Assembly (NCBI RefSeq): GCF_964188315.1
Contig: NC_135659.1
Span: forward strand, 72,726,001-72,790,000
Length of the DNA stretch: 64,000 nucleotides
Direction of reading: 5' to 3'
From: Podarcis muralis
Lineage: Eukaryota
A program made the translations under genes and the position numbers. The notes beneath the pieces were generated by a model. That model was not told the origin of the DNA. It saw only the letters and a program-made list of their open reading frames with translations, and searched no databases. Of the stretch, positions 30,801-41,559 are shown piece by piece (the first letter of the stretch is position 1; each line of letters opens with the position of its first letter).

Positions 30801-33800
30801 TATAAGACTACCCCTCTTCCAACGCACACCAAATAAAAAATAGAAAAACCAGTCTCCAGTCTGGCTCGGAAATCCGCTCACTTCCCAGTGGCCGGGGGGG
30901 GGGGGGCGCGGGCGGGTCCGTTTAAACAGAGGAGCGAGCCGGAGGGCTTCCTCTTTGGCTCGCTTCCTCAATCGCTATGACGTCGCTGAACTTTGGTCTG
31001 TTATTCCTTTTGTCAGACCTGCTGAAGCATTTTGGGGGGATTTTTTACTGCTTTTGTTGAGCCGCTCTCGTGGAATTTGCTTGGGACGTGGAACAGCAGA
31101 CAGGCGCCATTTCAACCCAGGGTGGCTGGGGGAAAAGCCTTTATTAGACGCCCCAATCAATTGGCAGTGGGTGAGTCCATCGCTGTGCATGGGGAGCAGG
31201 GCATTTGAGGGGAGTGCTCCCTCAATTGCCGCTCTCGCTTTACAACTTTGCCGCCCTCGTGGCGAAAAAGCTTCCGGGTTTCTCTGTTCCCAGCCACCTC
31301 CCCCTCTCTGCTTCCCCTGCCCAAACTGCTCCCTTCGTCGTTGCCCTCGCGGCTTGATAATCGGCTTCCCTCCCCTCCCCCAGCCATTTTCTACCTTTGC
31401 TTGCCCCTTCGGCTGTGCCACGCTCCGCTGCGCTTAGTGCTGTTGTTGGTTCCCTGCCTTTCCTTTTCTTTTACTGCGGGGGCTGCTTGGGCTGAGGCAG
31501 TGGCCACATGTCTAGTTGCTGGGGCAACACGAGGCCACCATTTTGGACCACATGGTCTACTACCGAGAGCGGTTAGGGTCATTCTGTTGCTGGTGATTGG
31601 GGAGGCTTCTGGGGCCAATTTCCAAGTGTATTTCTGCTTCATCTAGAGAGCTTGGTGTCCTCCGATTTAATTTGCTGTCGTTTTTTTCTTTGGTGGGGAG
31701 TTGCTGCAGGAGCTGCTGCTGTAGCTGGCGTAGAAGACGACCCCCGACTTTTGAGAAGATATTCCTGGGTTAAAAAGTAGTCTTATATGCCAGAAAATAC
31801 AGTACTTGAACATGCTTATCTCCTTTCATAGCATCCTCTGAAGAAGTGCAGGAATGTAGGGGGGTGGTGTGAAATTTCCAATGCTGACAAACAAAATTGA
31901 AGTGCCCCCGCCAAGCTGAGTTTTAATTGACACCAAGAAATGGGAAATCCTCATTGCCTCACTTTTTCCTTGAGGAGAAGGTGCCCTAGGGGTGGTTCTC
32001 CTGCAGCTACTTATGCCTGCCCTGTACCAAATGTCCTTGCTTACTCAGAGTGTTCTCTTCTCTTTCCTGCCCCCAAAGTATCTTAGATGGTGGTCATATA
32101 AAGTGTTTCCATTTCTTACATAGTGACTAAGACAATACATCCAGATTTTATGCATTTCTTGTGTTCATTTTACTTTACATTCTTTTGTAGTTTGAATAAT
32201 TCTTTGAGCCTTCTCTCTCATTACCTGCTAGTCTACCATATTAGAAAGATTGAATGAAGGTTTATTTGCCAACAAGCCTGTCCATGCCTTGTGTGCTAAG
32301 CATCTAAGCTTCTAGTACTTGGCTGTAGATCCTGCAGTTTGATACTGAGTAGACAAACAACTCAGCAACAAAATTGATTTGCTTAGAGAAAGACACCTAT
32401 TGGTAACAAAAGTTAATTAAACTGGGAACACAAAAGATGCGAGAGGCATAATTGGTAGCATAAATTTTAAGTGGTTTTATGTTCTGAACATCATGTTTGT
32501 AGAAACAGTTTTAGATGCACATTGTATATCAATCATCATTTGTCTTGTTTTTGTCCAGCTGCACTTCAAGCCCTAAAACGAAAGAAGAGGTATGAGAAGC
32601 AGCTTGCACAAATCGATGGCACATTATCGACAATCGAATTCCAGAGGGAAGCGCTGGAAAATGCCAACACCAACACTGAAGTGCTCAAGAATATGGGATT
32701 TGCTGCCAAAGCAATGAAAGCTGCTCACGACAACATGTAAGATGCTCTTCATCATTGGTTCATTGAATGGGCCAACTTTTCACTGAGTGCAGTACAAAGG
32801 GACACATTCACTCTTTGCCCATATTCCCTCTTTTTTGGATAGTTCTGGACAGTTATTATAAACCAGTCTGCACACAGTAATTCAAATTCTACATTGTGCA
32901 GCGGGACTTGTTTCTATAAAAGTATGTACAGATGTGTATAAGCTTTCAAGTAACTGATCATGCTCAGTATCATTACATGTAGACATGCTTTATCTGTAAG
33001 CAGCATATAGTTTGAAAAGTATGTGGCTTTCATGGTTAAAGTCTTTGAATTTTACTTCCAGATTATTATGCAACTGAATAGATGCAAACAATTTATTAGA
33101 GCAACCAGTTATTACTGTTACAATTTTTATTTAAATTAGTCTGAATTCTTGCTCAGGAAATAATGATTTCAAAGGAAGAAGTGTGTTTTAAATCAGCAGT
33201 ATTGTTTTCTTGATGATTTGAGTCAGTTTGCCCTGGTGGTTAGCTGAATATTTCCTTAAAGCTATTGAGACTTGTAATGATCTCCAAGACTAAACAGGTG
33301 AATGGTTCAAGTAACTTAAATCCTTTTCCTACAGGGATATTGACAAAGTAGATGAACTAATGCAAGACATTGCAGAACAGCAGGAGTTAGCAGAAGAAAT
33401 TTCAACAGCTATCTCCAAGCCTGTGGGAATCGGTGAAGAATTTGATGAGGTAAGTACCAAACAGTTTAAGACAAGTATGAGGTTTGTACACATACAAACT
33501 TAAGGATTTTGAAACACACTCACTTCTTGTGACTCAAAATATTACGACTCATTATTTTTCCATCTTAAATAACAACAGAAATGTGAGTTTAATACAGTGG
33601 TACCTCGCAAGACGAATGCCTCGCAAGACAAAAAACTCGCTAGACGAAAGGGTTTTTTGTTTTTTGAGCTGCTTCGCAAGACGATTTTCCCTATGGGCTT
33701 GCTTCGCAAGACGGAAACGTCTTGCAAGTTTGTTTCCTTTTTCTTAACACCGTTAATACAGTTGCGACTTGACTTCGAGGAGCAACTCATAGAACGCGGT

Positions 33801-35734
33801 GTGGTAGCCTTTTTTGAGGTTTTTAAAGACTTTGGCGATTTTTGAAGCTTTTGCAAAACTTTCCCGACACCGTGCTTCGCAAGACGAAAAAAATCGCAAG
33901 ACGACAAAACTCGCGGAACGAATTAATTTCGTCTTGCGAGGCACCACTGTACTCTGGCTTGCGCTTGGGAACAACAGAATAATTTGGATATGTAAATGTT
34001 TTAAGACACCTAGAATGCCCAGTTGTGTTGAGTTGGACATGAAGGTTTCTTACAATTATATGATGTTACAAAATTGGCAACAGTGATTTCTGGTGCTAGC
34101 ACCTGTAACTGCAGTGTCTCCTTCAATAATAGGATGAACTGATGGCTGAACTAGAGGAACTCGAACAGGAAGAATTGGATAAAAACTTGCTGGAGATCAG
34201 TGGTCCTGAAACAGTTCCACTTCCCAATGTGCCCTCAATATCTATACCTTCAAAACCAGGTGAGTGCCTTGCAATTGCTAAAGACAGGAGCATCTTGTAA
34301 CAAGTGCATTTGTCAAAACAGCATTGTAATATGCCATTCTTGTGGTTTTATTTCTGAACTACTGTACAAAATTTACACACACTAATCTGTTTCACAGAAG
34401 GAAAGCCAGTTAAGTTCCCTAGTTATCTTTAACTACAGATCTAATGTCATGGTTCTCAAAGCTGGGTGGGGGAGCTTCCTCAGGATCTATCTCTGACACC
34501 TTAGACCCCATAAGCAGTTTTCTGATCGCCTATTCCAACTAATCAATGGTTTCCAGGTTGGAATACTTCATTTACTTTTATTCCCCCAGGGATGAGAACA
34601 ATTGTCTCGAAGAAAAGGAACTTGGGTGACAAAATTCTTCCCCCATACCTTTAGTTTGAGAATCACTGTCTTGGGTATGAGAATAAATGGATGTGGTTCT
34701 GATTAAAATCCCTTGCCCATAGTGTTGTAGCATTGCACAGTTCTGATGGCAGCATGCAGATGTTGCCCATGTGTCGATAACACAGCAAGGAGCTTTTTAA
34801 ACCTGCCCTCCATTTTTCCATATAACCTGGCGTATCACCCCAGGGAAGCAAGCACCACTTTAAAACACTGCCTGCCATTTGGCAACTAAGCCATATTTAA
34901 GAAGAAGAGTTTGGATTTGATATCCCGCCTTTCACTCCCCTTCAGGAGTCTCAAAGCGGCTAACAATCTCCTTTCCCTTCCTCCCCCACAACAAACACTC
35001 TGTGAGGTGAGTGAGGCTGAGAGACTTCAAAGAAATGTGACTGGCCCAAGGTCACCCAGCAGCTGCTTGTGGAGGAGCGGAGACGCGAACCCGGTTACCC
35101 AGATTACATGACTACCGCTCTTAACCACTACACCACACTGGCTCTCAAGGAGCTTCTATTGACATAATCCCTAGAGAACTCGGGTTTGGATACCTGAAAG
35201 TATCCCTTTTAGGCTCCCATCTAGGTCTCTCTATTTCCTGAGATCATTGGAAGAGGCTGTCACTGGTTGTGCCACTGTCACAGATGTACATTATGCAGCA
35301 ATCTGGGAAAGGGTCTTTGGTGGCATCTGCCTTGTAGAGCTTCCTCTTTTCTGAAATAAGGCAAGCAACTCTTGAATTTTCAGAACATGCTTAGTACTTG
35401 TTCACTCAGGTATTTGTTGGTTGCTAAAATAATTGCTTGGGATGGGGTGTATATTTGTGTGACATAATTTTGTTGTGATTTTAAATATTTGATGATGTTA
35501 GTTTTTATTTTTTATTTTATTTTTTGTATTATGTTTACATGCCAGGAACTGCTCTTGTATTGGCCAGATGAAGAGTGGGTGTATAAATACCTAAAATAAA
35601 TACATTGGACAACTGCATACAATCACAATGTAGTGCTTAATCTTGTGGTGTTGTGTCTTTTTCTAGCTAAGAAGAAAGAAGAAGAAGAGGATGATGACAT
35701 GAAAGAGCTAGAAGCCTGGGCTGAAAACATATAA
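24481..35734 (+). CDS. CHMP4B: CHMP4B ESCRT-III subunit (Snf7 family), complete: join(24481-24670,32559-32736,33335-33449,34133-34259,35667-35734)
   Basis: Five exons of 190+178+115+127+68 = 678 nt (225 aa). Contains QEAIQRLRDTEEMLSKKQEFLEKKIEQEL, AALQALKRKKRYEKQLAQIDGTLSTIEFQREALENA, VPLPNVP and C-terminal MKELEAW (ALIX-binding M/LxxLxxW). Synteny with ZNF341 supports the 4B paralog. Confidence 0.97.
25743..25911. mobile_element. hAT-like MITE
   Basis: TIR CAGGCATGTCCAAC / GTTCGGCGTGCCTG; degenerate 8-bp flanks TCCTATAG / CCCTACAG (6 of 8 match). Confidence 0.7.
27739..27980. mobile_element. Tc1/mariner (Tigger/pogo-like) MITE, family B
   Basis: TA-flanked; TIR CAGTGGTACCTCGGGTTA / TAACCCGAGGTACGACTG; repeated GCTTCAGGTTA; second copy at 40381. 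Confidence 0.85.
28100..28586 (+). mobile_element. Short non-autonomous RTE-related retroelement
   Basis: The 3' ~60 nt (tttgacttcacccccagagg...gagacagatggatgcc + caacaac) match the reverse complement of the RTE tail at 1553-1615. No RT coding sequence. The 5' boundary is approximate. Confidence 0.65.
30271..30636 (-). mobile_element. Sauria SINE, full length with 12-bp TSD
   Basis: TSD TAAAAGAAACTA at 30259-30270 and 30637-30648; tRNA-like head and core as in the other copies. Confidence 0.9.
30712..31802. mobile_element. TA-flanked Tc1/mariner-type non-autonomous element with a GC/CpG-rich interior
   Basis: TA at 30710-30711 and 31803-31804. Imperfect ~27-bp TIRs CTGTATTTTCCGGTGTATAAGATGACT / AGTAGTCTTATATGCCAGAAAATACAG. 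Subterminal AAGACGACCCCC repeats. No transposase ORF. Confidence 0.8.
32559..32736 (+). CDS. CHMP4B: CHMP4B exon 2
   Basis: gtccag acceptor; AALQALKRKK...AAHDNM; GTAAGA donor. Confidence 0.96.
33335..33449 (+). CDS. CHMP4B: CHMP4B exon 3
   Basis: ctacag acceptor; DIDKVDELMQDIAEQQELAEEISTAISKPVGIGEEFDE; GTAAGT donor. Confidence 0.96.
33595..33949. mobile_element. Tc1/mariner MITE, family A (longer internal variant)
   Basis: TA-flanked; same TIR and GCAAGACGAA repeats as 6776-7054. Confidence 0.85.
34133..34259 (+). CDS. CHMP4B: CHMP4B exon 4
   Basis: DELMAELEELEQEELDKNLLEISGPETVPLPNVPSISIPSKP; GTGAGT donor. Confidence 0.95.
34899..35146 (-). mobile_element. tRNA-head / MIR-CORE-type lacertid SINE, full length, low divergence
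   Basis: Minus strand reads gagagccagtgtggtgtagtggttaagagcgg (A box)...gggttcgcgtctcc (B box)...tgggtgaccttggg core, ending in a (TCT)n tail. Confidence 0.8.
35667..35734 (+). CDS. CHMP4B: CHMP4B exon 5 (last coding)
   Basis: ttctag acceptor; AKKKEEEEDDDMKELEAWAENI then TAA. Confidence 0.95.
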
Positions 35735-35948
35735 CTACACCAGCTGCCCAGCTGGAGAAACAATTGAGACTCTGCTCACCTGTTGCTACAGGTGCATGTA
35801 TGGGTGGGAGACATCATTAAGCGCAACGCCTTTATTTCTTTAATCCCATAGCTGTGGGAATTGCATTCTGCATAGCATGGTCTGAGCAAGGGAAACAAAG
35901 TTTCCAAAGAAAGTTGCCTGCAGTTTAGGGTGTTGACTTACTTTAAAT

Positions 35949-35954
35949 AATAAA
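35949..35954 (+). promoter_or_regulatory. Candidate proximal poly(A) signal of CHMP4B
   Basis: AATAAA about 215 nt after the stop codon. Confidence 0.45.
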
Positions 35955-37651
35955 CCTTATTGGCAAAATTCCAACATTCAGCTTCTGGACTATGCTAATG
36001 CCACTGCTGGATCACCATCTTTCAGAGTTCTGACCATGCTGAATCTCGGGACTCGGGATACGAAGCCTGTAACTTAATTTGATGGAAACGCTTTTAGAAG
36101 TCTTGTAAAGTATTTCAAAAGGAAAAGTCATAAGCCGTTATTGGCTTATTATGCTTAGATGTACAAATGCATCACTTAGGCTTTTAGTTCTTTAAAGTCT
36201 CTATTTATATCCATTGGTGGCATTGACACTCCTCTCTCCGCATTACACTCACTTGGTCGCTGTTCCCAGTTGGATTTGGTGAGGTGGATTTGGAATGTTG
36301 AAGTAATTCTATGATGGAAGTAGGTGAAATTGACACTAGCTGTACATTTTTCTACATAGCACCTGGAATGTTGATTGCTATCTGTGATATCCAATTCCCA
36401 TTCAGACACAAACATACATTTATTTTAAATAAGGATCTATGGTTTGCACTGTATTAAATACCTTGATTGATTTTCGTACCTGCCTGATGTCTTCACTATG
36501 CATGTATGTAACAGAAACTTGGAGAACCTTGTTGGGATTTCCCCCACCCCATTTTGTACATCGGTATTCTCTGGTACTTTGGTCTTCCTTCGAGGCAGAA
36601 GTGTAGATATCCAAGTATGTGCCACTTTGGTTCTTAAGTTGAATATTCAGAATAGTATATGCTAGAAATACTAATACATTCTCCCCTCCCCCCAAATGAA
36701 CAGAATTTGAATAGTGCTAAGCAGGGCCTGTTTTTGAAAGCTTACTGCTGTGTCAGCCCATCTGATGTTGAATCCATTTGCCACATGGTGTTCATTAATT
36801 TGCTACAAACAACAACTCTGTGCCAGAGCCAGAAGCATTGCCTTGGTTAATAATAGGGCCTTTGCTCTTCATTCTGCATAAGTACATCATACGTTTTTCA
36901 GCATGCAACCTTTCAGCATTCTATATGGAACTCTGCCGCCAAGTATTTGTATAAAAGGAAGAAAACAGACAACCGCTACTGAAAATACACAACATCCCAC
37001 AGTAACTATCTTAGTATTGGTTTTGGAAAGGCTTAGTCCAAATGCTGGCTGAGGCAGCTGTCTTGGCAGTTTCTCTGCTCCATAATATGGTGGAAATCTC
37101 ATTTGAAAATTTCCCTGGGGTATAGCTGAAGATTATAGTCTGATATGCATTATGGTTGCTGCTCTTTTCAGCATACCCTTGTTTCCTATTAATGGTGTCC
37201 TTGTGCTTCCTATATCCGTGGATGTTCCGCTCCTCAGGATTGTTTGCCCATTTTCTCAAGAATGGTAAATTATGCCATTGTAATTCATGTTCTCATGCAT
37301 TCCCCTGCCCCCATGCACCATAGGGGGTGTGCAACCCCCCCCCCCCCAAAAAAAGTCAAGGGCTGATCTCCAATGCTAGTTATGATCAGAGTAGCCCCAT
37401 TAAAATGAATGGACTTTAAAGTCCATTGATTTTAATTCATCTATCTCAGTATGATTTAGTGTGAAATATATTCCTTCCATGTAGTTCTGAAGTAGCTATA
37501 ATTTTGTCTGGTCATCTCGCACCCCTGTCACGTGGCTTCCAGTGGAAATTGCCTAATTTTGTCTCTTTCAAAGATGGCTGGAATACAGTGATACACACTA
37601 CATTGTCGGTCCCTTTTGTAGATTTGTACTTGCAGTAATCCCCACTCTGTT

Positions 37652-37657
37652 ATTAAA
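37652..37657 (+). promoter_or_regulatory. Candidate distal poly(A) signal of CHMP4B
   Basis: ATTAAA preceded by two TGTA elements, at the end of a roughly 1.9-kb largely TE-free stretch. Confidence 0.4.
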
Positions 37658-38036
37658 GCTGATCATCCTATTGAGGACTGTGATTGCAAGGGTTTAGAAA
37701 ATTAGCCAGAGTGCCTAAATGAGATTCTTCTGAACCAGAGAACTGTAATAAGTCTAATCAATATAATGAATATGTTAAACCCCTTATTTCTGCTTCCGTG
37801 GACTAAGTCCAAGAGTCACATCTGTATATGGCTTTCACAGTTCTTCTACCATTTCCTTTCCCCTTTTTCCTGCCTAAACTATTGTATTCACCTGGAATTC
37901 TCTCTTTGATTACAAATAATACAAAATTCATTATAAAAATTATGAGGAAAAGGACAATCAAAGGCTGGGAGGGCTTCTCAAATCAAGTCTTGTTTACAAG
38001 CTCCCTTCATATGTTTATCTTGCAGACAACTTATTA

Positions 38037-38277
38037 CAGTCAAACCTCGGTTCCCAAACAGCTCCATTTTGGAACGTTTTGGCTCCTGAATGCCAAAAAC
38101 CCAGAAGTAAATGTTCTGGTTTTCAAACGTTTTTTGGAAGCTGAATGTCCAACGCAGCTTCCGCTTGAGTGCAGGAAGCTCTTGCAGCCAATCGGAAGCT
38201 GTGCCCTGGTTGTCAATTGTTTCGGAAGCTGAACGGGCTTCTGGAACACATTATGTTCAACAACCAAGGTTTGACTG
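38037..38277. mobile_element. Tc1/mariner MITE, family C
   Basis: TA-flanked; TIR CAGTCAAACCTCGGTT / AACCAAGGTTTGACTG; second 241-bp copy at 41988. Confidence 0.85.
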
Positions 38278-39033
38278 TAGAAGGGCAACCATTATGATTA
38301 TATACTTCATCCTAGTACATGATATGAGCAATTTTTTTTAGAATTTATAACTTTATTGATTTTCCTGAGAAACATCAGTAAAAACAGAAATGGCACAATG
38401 TATTAAATTATCCCATGTCCTCTTCCCTCTGGATTACAAATGTAAGACGGTTTAATAAAATCAACTTCACATTTCTAGAATGTACATCTCTATAACATCA
38501 GTGACTTTGTACTTCTCAAATATAGATCCATCCTGTTAACAGCTTCATCAAGAGCTGTATGAAACAAATCATACAGTTTAGATGCATATAGTCTAGTCTT
38601 AAGGGATGTGCTATATATCTTTAGGTACTGTAAACATAGACTATCCAAATGCAATTCCAACCCTTTGATCTTTGTTGCTGGAAGGTGTAGACTGTGGCAG
38701 GCATACTTGCCTGCTCTTAGAGAGGCTCTGTTCTTGCAGCTATGGAAAGCATGGTGCATGGAGCACTTCTGCTGCAGAGTGTTAGCCAACCTACAGCTCC
38801 ATAGCAAGGCTTTATGGGGCAAGGGCAAATTACAGCTGACAAGGATTATGCTGTATCCTAAGCTACTCCATTCCCCTGAGATGGGCCTAATTTGGGTGCC
38901 TCAGCTCTGCCAGCATGGAATTGGCACAGCAAAATATAGAGAGCACACACCGGCAATACATGTGCTATGCCCTAGCAGGCCTTTGGGTGTGGTGATCAAT
39001 CTGCTGGTCCTATTGGGGGTTAGTATTGCTCAG

Positions 39034-39377
39034 GGACAGCGCGGGTGGCGCTGTGGCTTAAACCACAGAGCCTAGGACTTGCCGATTACAAGGTCCGCGG
39101 TTCGAATCCCCACGACGGGGTGAGCTCCCGTTGCTCAGTCCCTGCTCCTGCCAACCTAGCAGTTCAAAAGCACGTCAAAGTGCAAGTAGATAAATAGGTA
39201 CCGCTCCAGTGGGAAAGTAAATGGCATTTCCATGCGCTGCTCTGGCTCGGCAGAAGCAGCTTTGTCATGCTGGCCACATGTACGCCGGCTCCCTTGGCCA
39301 ATAAAGTGAGATGAGTGCCGCAACCCCAGAGTCGGTCACGACTGGACCTAATGGTCAGGGGTCCCTTTACCTTTACC
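39034..39377 (+). mobile_element. Sauria SINE, full length with 10-bp TSD
   Basis: TSD TATTGCTCAG at 39024-39033 and 39378-39387; ggttcgaatccc B box; (ACCTTT)n tail. Confidence 0.92.
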
Positions 39378-39649
39378 TATTGCTCAGTTACTTGCATTTG
39401 TAGTCTCTCCCCGCCCCCGGTCTCTTACATCCTCAGCAAAGCAACAGATGAATCATATGGTATACAGGGCCACAATATTAATACAATACAATGCTTAAAA
39501 CAGTAAAATAAAAATGGAAGACTACCACAACCTACCAGTGTATATTTAGATGTGAGTCTCACACACAAGTGTATAGAAGCAGAATCAGCACAGAGAGAGA
39601 GAAGAACATGCTGATTCTTAATATTTCCCGCAATATTTTATAATAACTC

Positions 39650-40029
39650 AAGGACTGCCTCTCTGCATATGAACTGATGCGGACCCTCTGACCATCATCT
39701 GAGGCCCTTCTTCACATGTCTCCTCCATGAGAGGTCCAGAGGATGACAACGCGAGAAGGGGTCTTTTCTGCGGTGGCTCCCTGTTTGTAGAATGCTCTCC
39801 CCAAGAAAGCTTGCCTGGTGCCTTTGTTACGTATCTTCAGGCGCCAGGCAAAAACATACCTCTTCTCCCAGGCCTTTGGCTATTTAAACAATCTATGGCC
39901 TTTAAAAATGTGTGGGGTGGATATTGTTTTTATTTGTTACTTTGTTATGTATTTTTGTGTTTTATATTGTAAACCGCCCTGTGATCCTTGGATGAAGGCA
40001 GTATAGAAATTTAATTAATAATAATAATT
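39650..40029 (+). mobile_element. L2-type LINE 3' fragment with (AAT)n tail
   Basis: tctgaggcccttc...ccaggcaaaaacatacctcttctcccaggcctttgg...gtaaaccgccctgtgatcc...aataataat. Confidence 0.75.
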
Positions 40030-40380
40030 AGACACTCACAAAATCATTCTCCCAAACACGATCTCTGTTTACAATGCCTTTGTCAGGAAAGTAGTATTCT
40101 TGGTTTGATGCTCATATTTGAGAGTCACTTTCCTTACTCTGAAATTTGATTGCTGTTCAGAATAGATCATATAGTTGTGGCACTGTATGCTCTTCCAAGC
40201 ATTTTATTTCTCTGCCTCTCCACTTTTCAGAGTTTGATTTATCTTACTTACCAGAGCTGGTTGGTAATCGGGAATTTTAGCTTGCAGAGTAATCACTGAT
40301 GTTTATTTGTTGATGGTTTGTGTAATGCTTAAGCTTTAAGATTTCACATGAGATATGCAGTGGGATGATCCATGTATGTA

Positions 40381-40638
40381 CAATGGTACCTCAGGTTACA
40401 TACGCTTCAGGTTACATACGCTTCAGGTTACATACGCTTCAGGTTACATACTCCGGTAACCCAGAAATAGTGCTTCAGGTTAAGAACTTTGCTTCAGATT
40501 GAGAACAGAAATCGTGCTCCGGCGGCACGGCAGCAGCAGGAGGCCCCATTAGCTAAAGTGGTGCTTCAGGTTAAGAACAGTTTCAGGTTAAGAACGGACC
40601 TCCGGAACGAATTAAGTACGTAACCTGAGGTACCACTG
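40381..40638. mobile_element. Tc1/mariner MITE, family B
   Basis: TA-flanked; homologous to 27739-27980 with one extra 16-bp unit. Confidence 0.85.
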
Positions 40639-40924
40639 TATCTGCATTTCAGCCTTGGCCATTCACAAATCAATGGAATACTTAACTGAGCCACAGAAAT
40701 GAAATTCCTGTATTTGAACACTGGGTGGCAACCTTACACCATTCCATGTAAAATGTGTACTTCCTTGGGAAATCAGATGAATTTTGAAAGCTTATATATT
40801 ATTATTTTCTTTTTATGTTCCTGTAGTTCCTCAGTATAGGTAGTTTAGGGGAACTAGCTATACATGGCCAGTCAGGTTATTTGCTGTTGTATATTAATCT
40901 AGCTTAAGTGGAGTATTTTTTATC

Positions 40925-41115
40925 AAGGAAAGTAAACCCCTGGACAGTTAAGTCCAGTCAAAGGTGGCTATGGGGTTTCGGCGCTCATCTTGCTTTCAGG
41001 CCAAGGGAGCCAGCGTTTGTCCACAGACAGCTTTCCGGGTCATGTGACCTGCATGACTAAACCGCTTCTTGCGCAACGAAAAACCACGACGGAAACCAGA
41101 GCACACGGAAACGCT
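40925..41115 (-). mobile_element. Sauria SINE, 5'-truncated
   Basis: cccctggacagttaagtccagtc...tttccgggtcatgtg... Confidence 0.8.
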
Positions 41116-41357
41116 CTGGAATATAACGTGTGACTAGTGGCATGTCTAATTTATAGATCTGTTGAGTCCTCTGCCGCACTTGTACAACTGCCTGCCATGA
41201 TCTGCACTGCACTGTGAGCTAGTACCAGTGGGCAACCAACCCACATGATCTGTGCTATTGATATGTGCTTATGTCCTATGCAAGAAATAGTGTTGACAGT
41301 GGAGTCTTAAATTCTCCTGATTGCACATTTTCAATCTGTTCTGCAATAGTTAAGCGT

Positions 41358-41545
41358 GTAGGAAGCTGCCTTATTGCCAAGTCAGACTGTTAGTTCATCT
41401 GGCGCAGTACAGTCTTACAGTGACTGACAATGGCTCTCCATGGTTTGACAAGGAGTCTCTCCCAGCCTTATATAGAGATGCCAGGGGTCAAACCTCGGAC
41501 CTTCTGCATGCAAAGCGTTGCATCTACCACTGAGCTGCATCCCTT
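41358..41545 (-). mobile_element. tRNA-derived squamate SINE (Squam3-like)
   Basis: taggaagctgcc tail; ggaccttctgcatgcaaagc...ctaccactgagctgc head on the minus strand. Confidence 0.7.
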
Positions 41546-41559
41546 CCCTTGGTTGCCCA

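Noticed and set aside
30651-31646. 106-160 aa ORFs inside the TA-flanked element as a possible transposase
   Set aside because: No HTH or DDD/DDE motifs; low-complexity translations of GC-rich cargo.
33484-34086. ORF cluster and regularly spaced GCAAGACG repeats resembling a CRISPR-like array
   Set aside because: These are internal repeats of a TA-flanked MITE with TIRs. Repeats are short and irregularly spaced, and the genome is vertebrate.
38608-39075. 155-aa plus-strand ORF
   Set aside because: No recognisable homology, Leu/Cys/Trp-rich random-like composition, and it runs into a Sauria SINE.
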